DNA from: Octopus bimaculoides
Taxonomy: Eukaryota
Assembly: GCF_001194135.2 (NCBI RefSeq)
Contig: NC_068982.1
Span: forward strand, 78,290,323-78,331,424
Direction of reading: 5' to 3'
DNA: 41,102 nucleotides
Shown: in pieces, positions 11,711-24,675 of the stretch
Layout of the letters: the number at the start of each line of letters is the position of its first letter
Numbering within the stretch: the stretch's first letter is position 1
The notes under the pieces: model-generated
The model's input: the letters and a program-made list of their open reading frames with translations, nothing else
The model's database searches: none
Told to the model about the DNA's origin: nothing
Made by a program: the position numbers and the translations under genes

Positions 11711-12145
11711 CATCATCCTTTTATGTCTGCTTTCCATGCCAGCATGAGTTAGAGTGGTCATCACCGTCCAAGTAATTTCTTAGTGAAATTGGTTCAGACT
11801 GGAACAAGCTGTCTAACCCATACTGGTATGGAAAGTGGACATTATATATATGTATATATACACATACACATGCATATACATATACCTATATACACATACA
11901 TATCTTTATATATCTTTACGTTTACCTCTCTCTATCTATCTATACATACTAATACACATCTACCATTTAATCCAAGTTCTGCTTCTTTTTGCAATGATTA
12001 GTGTGCATCACTGCATTCTGTGGTAAATGCAACACGCACACTTACACACACACATACACACAAATACTCTCCAAGTGTTTGTATATTCACTTGATTCACA
12101 TAAATTCCACAACAAATACATCATCATCATTGTCATTTTAACATT

Positions 12146-12202
<57 letters not shown>

Positions 12203-12447
12203 GTGTGTACTAATTGTTCTGAAATACAGACAGCATTTAAGCCTTAATGTCAAATACCACTTTGTGTAAAACCATAGCATATGTGTATATATATATGTNN
12301 NNNNNNNNNNNNNNNNNNNNNNNNNNNNNNNNNNNNNNNNNNNNNNNNNNNNNNNNNNNNNNNNNNNNNNNNNNNNNNNNNNNNNNNNNNNNNNNNNNNN
12401 NNNNNNNNNNNNNNNNNNNNNNNNNNNNNNNNNNNNNNNNNNNNNNN

Positions 12448-12487
<40 letters not shown>

Positions 12488-12814
12488 TTCATTTCTAGGT
12501 TAGGAATTCAAAACCACTTAATGCTGACGTTTATATAAAATGGATATCAGACCTTCTAGTAGCTATTTCCTGCAAGAGAGAAATATATCTTATTCAGTGA
12601 GAGAACACAGCTAACTCCCATTCTTTCTTATTGCTCCTAAATCTGCAGCACTTTTTACTTACTTTGTTATAATTTTTTTTTCATTTATTATATGCATGAA
12701 TATGTGTATAACTATGTGCATATGAATATATATATACATGTCTACCTGTAACGTGGGTTTTCTGTTGCCCCTGTTTTAATAACCATATTTTGTTTGTCTG
12801 TGTATATATGTGTG

Positions 12815-12863
<49 letters not shown>

Positions 12864-12907
12864 TATATTATATATAATATATATATATTACATATTACAT
12901 ATATACG

Positions 12908-13145
12908 CCATGGCTGTGTGGTAAGAAGCTTGCTTCCCAACTACATGGTTCCGGGTTCAGTCCCACTGTGTATCATCTTGTACAAATGTCTTCCGCTATA
13001 GCCTCAGGTCAACCAAAACCTTGTGAATGGATTTGGTAGATGGAAACTGAAAGAAGCTTGTTATATATATATATATCTTTTTGTTTGTCTGTCTCCACCC
13101 ACCATTGCTTGACAACCAATACTGGTGTATTTACGTCCCTGTAAC
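12908..13145 (+). mobile_element. SINE family A, near full head with internal (TA) tract and 3' segment
   Basis: A box tggctgtgtgg, B box ggttcagtcc, CORE-like segment, ggatttggtagatggaaactgaaagaag, then cttgacaacc...tttacgtccctgtaact. Confidence 0.8.
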
Positions 13146-13189
13146 TAATATTATATATATTTATAGATATATACATATAAATTTATCTA

Positions 13190-13233
<44 letters not shown>

Positions 13234-13398
13234 NNNNNNNNNNNNNNNNNNNNNNNNNNNNNNNNNNNNNNNNNNNNNNNNNNNNNNNNNNNNNNNNNNN
13301 NNNNNNNNNNNNNNNNNNNNNNNNNNNNNNNNNNNNNNNNNNNNNNNNNNNNNNNNNNNNNNNNNNNNNNNNNNNNNNNNNNNNNNNNNNNNNNNNNN

Positions 13399-13558
13399 GC
13401 TGAAATGCTTAAGCAGTATTTCGTTTGTCTTTATATTCTGAGTTCAAATTCTGCCGGGGTCAATTTTGCCTTTCATCCTTTCGGGGTCAATAAATTAAGT
13501 ATCAGTTGCATACTACCCCTCCCCAAAAATTTCGGGCCTTGTGCTTAGATTAGAAAAG
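13399..13558 (+). mobile_element. SINE family B
   Basis: gagttcaaattctgccggggtcaattttgcctttcatcctttcggggtcaataaattaagta. Confidence 0.8.
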
Positions 13559-13621
13559 AATATATATATATATTATATATATATGCACACATATATATAC
13601 CTACAAAAACATGTACGCATG

Positions 13622-13662
<41 letters not shown>

Positions 13663-14624
13663 GTGTGTGTATGTGTGCATGTTTGTAATGGGATGGCACT
13701 TTAAAAACCATTCGAAAACTGCCAGAGAGGGAAACTGTAAGAAAATGAAAAGGAAATAAGAATACAAGTGGGCTGCTTTAAATAGCAACCAACTGGTTTT
13801 AAATAGTATAAACACCTCCGCAATATTGCTAGTGTGCTATATTTATGCATGAAGGAGGATGGGGAGGGAGAAAAGGAGGGCAAGTTAGGAACTGTAATGC
13901 TTTTGAAATAGTCTTAAGGTACCATACAGCAACTTGCTTGTACATGAAGCTTGAAATATTATATTTGGCTTGTATATATGGAGCCAGTGTGATATATATA
14001 AATATATAAATATATATAGGGCAAAGGAGAGAGTGAAGTGTTGTGGCATTCATTCCTTTCTCCTGTAACATTAAATCTAAAAATATGTGTGTGTGTATGT
14101 ATGTATATGTATGCTTGTATATATTATATGTCTATTATGTGTGTGTGTGTGTGTGTGTATATATGCCTTAAGTGTGTGTATGCATGTATGTATATGTATT
14201 CATGTGTATATTATATATGTATGTGTATGTATATATGCCTTATGTGTGTGTACGCTTATATAGTTCTTTGCATAGCCATGACATTTTGAATTTATTGTAG
14301 ATGCAAATGAAAGAGTGAGATACTGTGGCTTTTATCCTTTCCTCTAAATGACTCTAAAATGCTATCTTTATGACAGTTTATCTGACAGCAGTTGTGCAAT
14401 TATTTTACTCTGTTCCATGGTGTTGGCCACCAGTGGATTGTTACAGCTAACATTTCTTCAGTGCAGAGTGTTGGCTAATCTTGCTGATCTCTTACATCTT
14501 AAACTCTAGTCCTAACCCACAGCTAATTATAGGGCACCATCTCACAAACGTGTCTTGATGTTAAGAATGTCATCAAGTTTTTGTTGATGGAGATGATAAA
14601 CAGGTGACAAACAGGTGAAGGTTT

Positions 14625-14805
14625 AATGATAGAGGTGAGGTGTGTGAGTATTTTTTCTTTTTTGTTATAAAAAGGGCAATCGTACGTTGCTAGAGGTGGG
14701 ATGTGTGCATCTTTGATATAAGGGGCAAAAATATTGATAGAGGTGAGGGGGGGGGTGATTTTTATCTGATTATAAGGGCAAAACAAATGTTCATCACCAT
14801 AACAT
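14625..14805 (+). repeat. Three degenerate ~55-60 bp tandem units
   Basis: Recurring tgatagaggtg(a/g)gg ... ttataa(a)gggcaa blocks starting near 14627, 14686 and 14735. Confidence 0.5.
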
Positions 14806-15754
14806 AGGACAATTTTATATTTCATCCCCACTCCCACCAAAAATTATATTTTCTAAAAATTTAAATATAAAATGAAAGTATTTCTTTTTTTCCTTCCTAC
14901 ATACTGTGTCTGTTCCCATTGATCCATTCTTAAATACAGTGACTCCACAAACACACATACCTTGTTTATTAAACTCTTGCCTACTTTCTGGAAGGGAGCA
15001 GATCTGTTAGTCAATAGATTTACCCCACATCGTTATATCACTATCTAAACCTCTGCCCCAGTACCATATGCCAAGAACCCAAATAATGGGGTATTAAATC
15101 TGCCCTGGTACAGTAAAATATCTAAATATATCCTAGTCAAACTCATTAGTTTCTTCCAACAATTCCACTACATTCAGTGGTATCTTAACTAATTTTTTTT
15201 CTCTTTTGCCTATATTTTAAAGGGCTGTGCAGTGGCTTTGCAGAACAAGTGTCATTGACCCTAATATTACTGATGTTCTTTTTTTATGATTTCTTTTCCT
15301 TTCTTGGATTCAGATATGAGGCCCATCAAGCTCAATTCCATGAGGTATATAGTCAATCCCTTTGCTTCCCCACTCTCTCCTCAAATCCATCAATGCCATC
15401 CTTGGAATATTATTACCACAAACCAATGGCATGGAGATTAACTGGTTCTGACTCTTTGGAATAAACCTGGTTGGTCAGTTTAGATTGAATTCAGTATGTG
15501 ACTGTGGACAAGGATGTTGTGATATTTTTCCCTTTTGCTAGGTACCCAATGCAACACCGGTGACAAGATACAAACTTACCTTTGACCCTCACACTCTTAG
15601 GCCAGTTCCTTTATTCACTGTTCAAGAACTTATATAAAAACAAATTTTTCAATGATTCTGTTGTGACTCATTTTACTACAACAAAACTGACATCCTTGTC
15701 TTACAACTGAATGCAATACAACTATAATGTAGAAAAAGGAAAAAAAATTCTCAA

Positions 15755-15822
15755 AGTTCAGATTTGAACCAGTGATCTCATATGTCAGTAATCCAATGAC
15801 CTTAACCACTAAGCCACCTTGC
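15755..15822 (-). pseudogene. tRNA-like sequence (tRNA pseudogene or isolated SINE head)
   Basis: Minus strand: ggtggcttagtggttaaggtcattggattactgacatatgagatcactggttcaaatc, with A box, B box and tRNA-like spacing; acceptor stem not intact. Confidence 0.55.
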
Positions 15823-16069
15823 AGCCTTAATTTCTATTGTTTTTTGTGTTGTTTTTCTAAATATTTTTACTAATTACATTCTATGTCTAATTGTTGACAA
15901 TCAAAGTTATGGATATCTGATACAGTTAATTAATCATTTCAGTCAATCAGTTAATCAATAATTCAAACACATTTCATTAAATAATGATTAATGTATATAT
16001 CCCAATACATCTGTTATTGGATTAAAATTCCAACTTGGCAATTTTAAAAGAATTGTCTGAGTTCTTACA

Positions 16070-16073
16070 ACAA

Positions 16074-16112
<39 letters not shown>

Positions 16113-16166
16113 TAGTAGTAGTAGCAGTAGTAGTAGTAGTAGTAGTAGAAGTAGTGTAGTAATAGT

Positions 16167-16232
<66 letters not shown>
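16070..16232 (+). repeat. Compound trinucleotide microsatellite (CAA)(CAG)n(TAG)n
   Basis: Directly visible. Confidence 0.97.
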
Positions 16233-16751
16233 AGTGGGTTTGTGGAAAAAGTTGTCAAAGCAACAGTGATATAGTCATTATTGTGATATCAAGTGGTAAT
16301 AACTGTGATGATAGTAATTGTAGTGATAGTGTTTGTGTAAGTTGTAGTAAAAGAGGCAGCACTTGTTTGTTTGGGCAAGACTTCCAACATAAAGGACTGC
16401 TGAGTTAACTGTTTAGGGGCTACAATTAAGGCCCGCCATTATAAGAAATTCAGCATTTCAGTATATTGGTTTGGTTTGGAACCCTTCAAAGAATATTTTA
16501 TTATGGTTTATAGAACTGTAGTTCTTAAACAGTGCAGAGTGACTCATACATGAGTCACAAGCAGCATATATATTTATATGCAGTTAAGTATATGTCTGGT
16601 CATAGAGTGACCATTGGTTTCACATCCATAAAGAGCACACCTTTAAGGACGGCTCATCAGACTCTAATGGTGAAGGCCATATATATATATATATATATAG
16701 GTAGATAAATAGATATAGATAGATATATGGATAGATATATAGATAGATATA

Positions 16752-16915
16752 AAATGGGCTTCCACGCAGCTTCTGTCTTCAAATTCGCTTCCAAGACATT
16801 GGTCTGCTCAAGGCTGCAGTACTAAACACTTGGCCGAGGTGCCATGGCAGATGGACTGAACTTAAAACCATGTGGCTGGGAACCAAACTTCCTAATCAGA
16901 TAGGCAGACTTCCGC
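16752..16915 (-). mobile_element. SINE family A
   Basis: Reverse complement has ggttcccagccacatggttttaagttcagtcc...ggcacctcggccaagtg...gaatttgaagacagaagctgcgtggaagccc. Confidence 0.7.
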
Positions 16916-17107
16916 ACAGCAGATATCTATCTATCTATCTATACATAAATACACATGTATGTGTTTGTGTGTGTGTATACACATATACATTCATCTATGT
17001 ATCAAGATGATACATCTCCATGTGGACAAGTGGATAGGGTGCTAGTCTATAACGGGTAACTATCCTATACACACCCTTGTACTTATTTGGTCTCGACTTC
17101 TTGCTTT

Positions 17108-17333
17108 TTAACCCTTAAACATTCAAATTACTGTCAAATGTAATGCTTATTCATTCACAATGTTTTGAATTAATCATGCATTATTTTATAGCTTTAAGAT
17201 TATGATAATGTGGTTGTTTATTTTTAAGATGACATTGTAGGGTAGGTGTGAGAGGTTGAATCTAGCCAGTTTGAATATAAAACCAGTAGACTATTTGTGC
17301 TGGATATGGCTGGTTTAAATACAACATGGTTAA
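17108..17333. mobile_element. piggyBac-type MITE (~226 bp incl. TTAA flanks)
   Basis: TTAA-CCCTT at the left, GG-TTAA at the right; TTAA flanks with CCC/GGG termini are the piggyBac signature. Confidence 0.65.
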
Positions 17334-17861
17334 AGTGAATCTAAGCGTCTTGTCTACATTCACAATGAAATCTCCATAGCTGTTAAGGCAGGGATATGCT
17401 ATAACTGTTTCCAAAAGTAATCACCCATAATTAATGGTTTTTTACTTATTTAAAAAAAAATTTAACTTAAGTTCTAAGCCAGCCATGGGTTAGTTTTGTA
17501 AATTTGGTAAGTTTTTTTTAAAGAACTTCTTAAACTCTGGCACAAATACTGCATAATAATGTAATTCTTTCCCTCTCTAATCGAAAAATAAAATCCCCAG
17601 ACATCTTTTTACTGTAGAAAATAGATTTAAAAATTCATTGAAACTTTAAAAAAAAAATAATCAAAAAACGGGTAAAATTAATTTTTTTTGTATACTTCCT
17701 AGATCTTTCACATTTTTTAATATTGATAAAACAAAAATATTAAATTGTATTAGTGACAAATACAATCATAGTCTTACATATAGTATTATAGTAATACATT
17801 TAGAATGTAATACTATTCCACTCATCACCATGACATCATCATCAACATTATTATTATTGAC

Positions 17862-17948
17862 AGAATTGTTAGCATGCCAGATAAAATGCTTAACATCCTT
17901 TTCACCCATCTTCATGCTCTGAGTTCAAATTCCACTGAAGTCGACTTT
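17862..17948 (+). mobile_element. SINE family B head, 3'-truncated, between ATT tracts
   Basis: gacagaattgttagcatgccagataaaatgctt...gagttcaaattccactgaagtcgacttt. Confidence 0.65.
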
Positions 17949-18291
17949 TATTATTATTATTTGGTAATATTCTTATCGTATATACTCACACACAGATAGC
18001 TCACAAGACTTACTCGCTGAAATCTGTTCATAAATGGAAACTTTGTTTTTCTTTTTTTCCTCAAATGATGGTATGGGCTCCAACTGTAGATTGAAACTGG
18101 AATGCAAGCATACAATACCCAGAAGGTTTAAATATTTTCCATAAATTTTAACAAATCAATAACATTAATGGGTTGAGAGGTTTTATTATTTTTATATTTT
18201 TAGCAAAGGTATGACTTCACAAAAGCTTAGTTTTCTTTTCTTTTTAATTCATTGCAGTATGGTGAGAGTGAGAAATTGTAATATAAAGAAT

Positions 18292-18575
18292 TGGCATGAC
18301 TGTGTGGTAAGAAGTTTGCTTCCCAACCACATGGCACCTTGGGCAAGTGTCATCTACTATAGCTTCAGGCCAACCAAAGCCTTGTGAGTGGATTTGGAAG
18401 ACAGAAACTGAAAGAAGCCTGTCATATATGTGTGTGTGTTTGTGTCTGTTTCTCCCACCTGCCATCACTTGACAACCAATGCTGGCATGTCCTGGGGTCG
18501 ATTTCTTTGACTAAAACCTTTTAAGGAGGTACTCCAACAAGGTCACAGTCAAATGACTTAAACAAGTATAAAAAT
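18292..18575 (+). mobile_element. SINE family A with B-box deletion
   Basis: aaccacatgg joined directly to caccttgggcaag; the ttccgggttcagtcccactg segment seen at 12947-12968 is missing. Confidence 0.8.
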
Positions 18576-19712
18576 AAAAAAGAAAAAAAGAAAAAATTAT
18601 AAATACAAAATAAATAAAAATAAAAATATTAAAGCAATTGAAGGATTTCCATTCAAATTTATATACTCAATTATTCAATTTGGAATTTAAAATTTAATAG
18701 ACTTGAATTCTTTTTCTTTTTTACAAACTTGAAATCAAAAGTTCATCCGAAAAAATTATTTTATCAATTAGAATTTCATTTCTGTTTAATTTAGATTCCT
18801 TCTCCTTCCTCTCTCTTTCTTTACTATCTCAACTACAATGACTTCTGACCCAGTGATTTCTGATGCATGTTGTCCTCTCTTTCTTTCATTCTTTCCCTTC
18901 TGTCTCTCTCTCAAATTTGACTTTATCTCAGTTAAATATTTGTGAAACTTCAATGTGAAAGAATGGCAACCAAAGCTGTGGTCTCTGATTAGAAGTGGTG
19001 GAATCGTGCTAAAGTAATTTTGAAAATTATTTTCTCTCAAATCCTGATACTTATGTTTCTCCAATTGACCATGTTTTGCTTTATCTTTTTGTTGGCATTT
19101 TTTTTTGTGAGTGGCTGTAAATAATGCATCATCCTCCCCTCCTCCTCATCATCATCGTCATTTTGTGTTTGATTATCTGGTTCCAATGCACACTGATTTG
19201 AGCATTTACAGACCTGGATTACCCAACGCATGCAAATAGCCACATGAAATTAATTTCATAATTTCCAACTGCAATATCAAAAACTGTCAAACGCACAAAT
19301 ATTATTGAACACACTCATATCATTACTTAAGCCTTAATTTATGAATGATCGATCGATTGAATTTTTGTTAACAACCCCCTTTGCCTTTAGAAAGATATTG
19401 TTTACACTACAAACAAGAACTGATGACACACATTCATGTCCCCATTGAACACATACACACACATATGCACGGACAAACTTAGAAACACAGAAAGACACAC
19501 ACATACATGCACATGCACACATATTTCTTCCAAAATACAGATTGTTTCAATTATGAAAAGCACTCTAAAGATATAATAGTCAAAGTAAACTGAATTTTGG
19601 AAAGAAATTAAGAATAAATTCAGTATTATCTCCCAGAAAATTGCATTAAATTTTAGAGAATTGTTGATTTTGCAGTTTAAGGATTAGCTTTTCTAAATCA
19701 TATGTGTGTGAG

Positions 19713-19746
<34 letters not shown>

Positions 19747-19889
19747 GCATAAAAAGTCAGGTTATGAGAGATGAATATATTCGCTTAACCACTTGATGTA
19801 ACCACACAATTCTCTGAATGCATATCTTGTACTAGAATATACAATATATATATATATGTATATACATACATACACACATGTGTATGTAT

Positions 19890-19898
19890 ATATGTATT

Positions 19899-19935
<37 letters not shown>

Positions 19936-20020
19936 GCATGCATACATACATACATGCATGCATACATACATGCATGCATACATACATGCATGCATACATA
20001 CATACATACATACATACATA
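19890..20020. repeat. (TA)n followed by higher-order (CATG/CATA) repeat
   Basis: catgcatgcatacata units repeated. Confidence 0.9.
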
Positions 20021-20710
20021 ATGTGGTATTGAATTTAATTACAGAAACATTTTTTCACTCTACATGGATGAATATGATCTGCTTCTTTTTATTTATTTCT
20101 GCGGAAATGCATGCGCACCCACATGCAAGCACACATACACATACACACACATATTTACACACCAAAGCAATCATATATACATTGGAAAAAGACACGACTT
20201 TGACGGATGACATATATATATATATACAGATATATATATANNNNNNNNNNNNNNNNNNNNNNNNNNNNNNNNNNNNNNNNNNNNNNNNNNNNNNNNNNNN
20301 NNNNNNNNNNNNNNNNNNNNNNNNNNNNNNNNNNNNNNNNNNNNNNNNNNNNNNNNNNNNNNNNNNNNNNNNNNNNNNNNNNNNNNNNNNNNNNNNNNNN
20401 NNNNNNNNNNNNNNNNNNNNNNNNNNNNNNNNNNNNNNNNNNNNNNNNNNNNNNNNNNNNNNNNNNNNNNNNNNNNNNNNNNNNNNNNNNNNNNNNNNNN
20501 NNNNNNNNNNNNNNNNNNNNNNNNNNNNNNNNNNNNNNNNNNNNNNNNNNNNNNNNNNNNNNNNNNNNNNNNNNNNNNNNNNNNNNNNNNNNNNNNNNNN
20601 NNNNNNNNNNNNNNNNNNNNNNNNNNNNNNNNNNNNNNNNNNTATATATATATATATATATATTTATACATATATATATTTATACATATATATATTTATA
20701 CATATTTGTG

Positions 20711-20752
<42 letters not shown>

Positions 20753-21312
20753 AAGTGTATAAAGAAATTACAAATTTTATCTGATGTGTGTATATTTGTG
20801 CATGCTTATATATACATATGTATGTATGTGCGCATGAGCATGCCTACGCACAATAAAACAACAGCTTCAACACCACATAGACCATATGTGAAGCAGTGAG
20901 TGAAACAGAAAAATGTCCGGTAAAAATGTTCAGCTATTTTCTCTGGTGTTGTGTGTCAATGACAAAAGTTACATTAACAACAACAACACTATTACAGAAA
21001 AAAAAAACCCTGTGAAACTAAATGCTTTGGCTGTGTCTTGCCAAATAACCTATTCAAATACAAAGTATTTTAATTGCCAGTATTAGTTTGGAAATGAAAA
21101 AAATCTTCAGATTCCCATGTATTATTATTATTAAATATTTTACCATTTTTTTTTAAAAAAGATTTTTTTCTTGAGAAAAAATTACAAAAAAATAAAAAAT
21201 AAATTCAAAAAGGAAAATAAAGAAATTCTTAAATTTTAAATGGGTTTGTCTCTCTCTCTCTCTTTTTTGAATTTTTAAATTTAATTTTGTATACATGTTT
21301 ATTATTATTATT

Positions 21313-22035
21313 GTTTTATTTCTCAGAGTGCTCGGTCTTGTTTGCTCTTGTTGATTCTGTAAGCGCGGACAGCAACCTGTTGTCAGAGGTCTCACATGGT
21401 CTCTTTCTGCGCATTATAATGTTTGATAATTGCTTGTTAATTATTGGTGAAAACATTCAACACCCAAGTACTAGTCTCAAAATCCTAGCTGTCCCCAACA
21501 GTGCAGTTTTTTGGGCTTGCTCTGTTCTCATATCAATTCTAATTTCTCTGACATGTTTCTCAAACTTGGTTGTTAGTCTCCGAGTGCCCCAACAACTACT
21601 GGGAAACAGACACTCTCCTCATAGCCCACATTCTTGCAATTTCATCTTTTAGTAGTCTATACTTTTCCATCTTTTCTAGTTCTTTGTCACCTATGAATGC
21701 ATCCCCAGATATTGCAATATCTATAACCTTGGTTTCCTTTTTTACCTTTATCTACCACAATGATGTCTGGTCTCTGAGCATAGATTAGGGAGTCACATTG
21801 AATTGTAAAATCCTACAGTATCTTATATTCATTGTTTTTGGTGACTCCTTCTGGTTCATGTTTGTACCATTTCCATGCTCTGTCCAGGACATACTTTTCA
21901 CATAGTCTCCAGTGCACAAACTTAGCCACATTATCATGTCTCCTTTTGTGGTGCTTTTGGGCCAACTTGCTACACTTGCTCACAATATGTGAGATTGTTA
22001 TGTTTTTGTTGCCACACATCCTACAAAGAGGCGAT
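21313..22035 (-). mobile_element. R4/Dong-like RLE LINE, 5'-truncated (copy 1)
   Basis: Minus strand encodes CRMCG..TISHIVSKCSKLAQ..KRRHDNVAKFVHW..KIL*DF..RPDIIV..IDIAI..KELEKMEKY (CCHC knuckle plus PD-D/ExK endonuclease). (AAT)n on the sense strand at both ends. Confidence 0.9.
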
Positions 22036-22048
22036 ATTATTATTATCA

Positions 22049-22081
<33 letters not shown>

Positions 22082-23058
22082 TTTAAATAGGATTGACGTA
22101 ACTCTTCACGAAGAGGATTGACGTAACTCTTCACAAGACGAAGAGCGCGATTCGATTGTATAGATATTTTATTAGTCTGTCTTTCTCAAGTTCAAAATAA
22201 GAGGTGATTAAAAATTCAAAACTACAGAAATTTAAATGTAAAGTATGAACGAGAGCAACCAGCGTCCACACGTTGATGGAATGACATCATCAGTTTTTAA
22301 GTTTTATAACAGGCGGAAGGAAAGAAAAAAAGAAAAAAATAGAAAAAGGAAGACGACAGAAAAAAAAGGAAAGAAGAAGAGAGAAATAAGAATATTCAAT
22401 CAAACAGTTTTGTATAAATTTGATGATATTCTCCTGTCATCTTATTCATTCTTCCAGGGCGTGATGGTAATAACCCGCAAACATATTTCTCCTCATACAT
22501 TCTAAGAAGTGAAAGTGGAGTACATTCAGAATATTTTATGAGAATATGCTCTTTCAAGTATTCTTCAAAATTGCAGCCGTTTGAANNNNNNNNNNNNNNN
22601 NNNNNNNNNNNNNNNNNNNNNNNNNNNNNNNNNNNNNNNNNNNNNNNNNNNNNNNNNNNNNNNNNNNNNNNNNNNNNNNNNNNNNNNNNNNNNNNNNNNN
22701 NNNNNNNNNNNNNNNNNNNNNNNNNNNNNNNNNNNNNNNNNNNNNNNNNNNNNNNNNNNNNNNNNNNNNNNNNNNNNNNNNNNNNNNNNNNNNNNNNNNN
22801 NNNNNNNNNNNNNNNNNNNNNNNNNNNNNNNNNNNNNNNNNNNNNNNNNNNNNNNNNNNNNNNNNNNNNNNNNNNNNNNNNNNNNNNNNNNNNNNNNNNN
22901 NNNNNNNNNNNNNNNNNNNNNNNNNNNNNNNNNNNNNNNNNNNNNNNNNNNNNNNNNNNNNNNNNNNTGGCGTTTGTTAATTAAAGCCCCATTTTGGGGG
23001 TGATGCAAACCTTTTTGTTTTCAAATTTCTTCGAAAATTTGCTTCGAAGTAAACATTG

Positions 23059-23067
23059 AAGATGGCG
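23059..23067 (+). promoter_or_regulatory. YY1-like motif AAGATGGCG near the LINE 5' end
   Basis: Exact core match in a CpG-containing segment. Also reads ATGGCG... with a GTGAGT donor-like site about 19 nt later. Confidence 0.35.
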
Positions 23068-23162
23068 ACGAAAAGCAGGAGTGAGTAAGGAAGGTGGTGC
23101 AGCAATTTACACGAGGACTTCTCCATCATCCCCACCATGATTGGCAGTAGACAACAGGAAAC

Positions 23163-23175
23163 AAGGAAGAAGAAG

Positions 23176-23207
<32 letters not shown>

Positions 23208-23223
23208 GTAGCAGTAGTAGTAA

Positions 23224-23269
<46 letters not shown>

Positions 23270-23300
23270 CGTCATCGTGGTGGTGGTGGTGGTGGTGGTG
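23163..23300 (+). repeat. (GAA)n(GTA)n(GTG)n compound array inside the LINE 5' region
   Basis: Directly visible. Confidence 0.95.
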
Positions 23301-24675
23301 AATAGTCAAGAAAGAAGGCGAGAAGAAGGAAGGCGTAAAGTCTTCCTCACTACATGGAAATTGGAGTAGCACGAAGAACAACATTGAAAGCAACTGTTGC
23401 TACGAAGAGTCTAACAAAAAGGGAGTTAGCGGTGGGAAAGAGACTTTTGCAAATATCACTGCAGCTGAGGAATTGGTTAACATGTCATTGGAGAGCAAAA
23501 TAGAAAAACTAAACAAGACAGCAAAATATATGAAAATGAATGGAAGGGGGTCAGAATTGACGCCTCCAAGCGACGTGCTTGAAGCAACAGCGAAGCGGAC
23601 AGTTGTTTACAGGTGCGTGAAAACAAAGACAAGGAATCTTGAAAACGTTAAATACGATCAGATGGAAAGAGCTTTGAAAGACATATGGCAGGATATCCAC
23701 CACATTGCGAGAGCGATGCAGTACGGCGGAGTAGATGTCCTTTTAAGACCGAGGGGCAGGCGATACAGAGCTCAGTGACCACGCGTCGCACCGAAGAAAT
23801 CGCCTTCTTCCCATCGTACATGGGAAGAAGGCCAGTACGGATTGCAGTACCAGCTGTTTCACCAGACCTGGATTTATGGTGGATTCTCGTCTGTATTCGT
23901 ACGGACGGAGGAGAGAATCTCCTGAATATTAAAAGATCGAAATGGGAGAATTGAGATGGGACTATCTTGGAGGTTCTTCTCTACGTGAAACCAAAGCAGT
24001 TAGAGAAAGTCCCAGACTTGATTTCTCACTCGAACGTGATGAACGTGGAGATCAGAAGGCCGAGGTGCCACGATTGTGGTTCAAAGAGCCACTTTCGCTT
24101 TTTCTACCCACAGAACCAGAAGAGAAGCGCAAAAAGAAATGTCCAAACGAAAGTACCACAACCCATGAGTCGACAAAATCAAGAAGAAGAAGAACAACAA
24201 CAACAACAGAGAGGCAGGGGAATAGAAACAGAAATTGAACCCAAGGAGACAAAACAGGCAGTGGAGACAAAAAGGTGGCAGTGGAAGTAGCACAAGCAGT
24301 AATGGCGGAAGCTACAGTAGCAGGAGCAACAACAACAACAACTACAAGAGAACCAGAACAAATAACACCAGAAGAAAACATACAAGACACGGACTCCTCC
24401 ACGCATCAAAGTGATGATGAAGGGGAAGCCCAAAAGGCAAAAAGAAAAAAAAAACATGAAAGAGACACAGAAAAAGGGAGAAGTCCAAGAAACGGCAAAC
24501 ACAGATACATTAATGACAACACCAACACTACAAGCATCACGCTCACCAACACCATCACAAACACCCACAACAGAATGAAAAACACAATAAACTTTAAAAA
24601 GAAAAATGTTACTACAACAACAACAACAACAACAACCATCGGCGCAGCAGCGGGATTTCGTGCTAGTGAGACAAG

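Noticed and set aside
15290-15600. Acceptor-like site at ~15313 with a short ORF, and a minus-strand donor at ~15580
   Set aside because: No recognisable protein and no compatible partner splice sites; such motifs arise often in AT-rich DNA.
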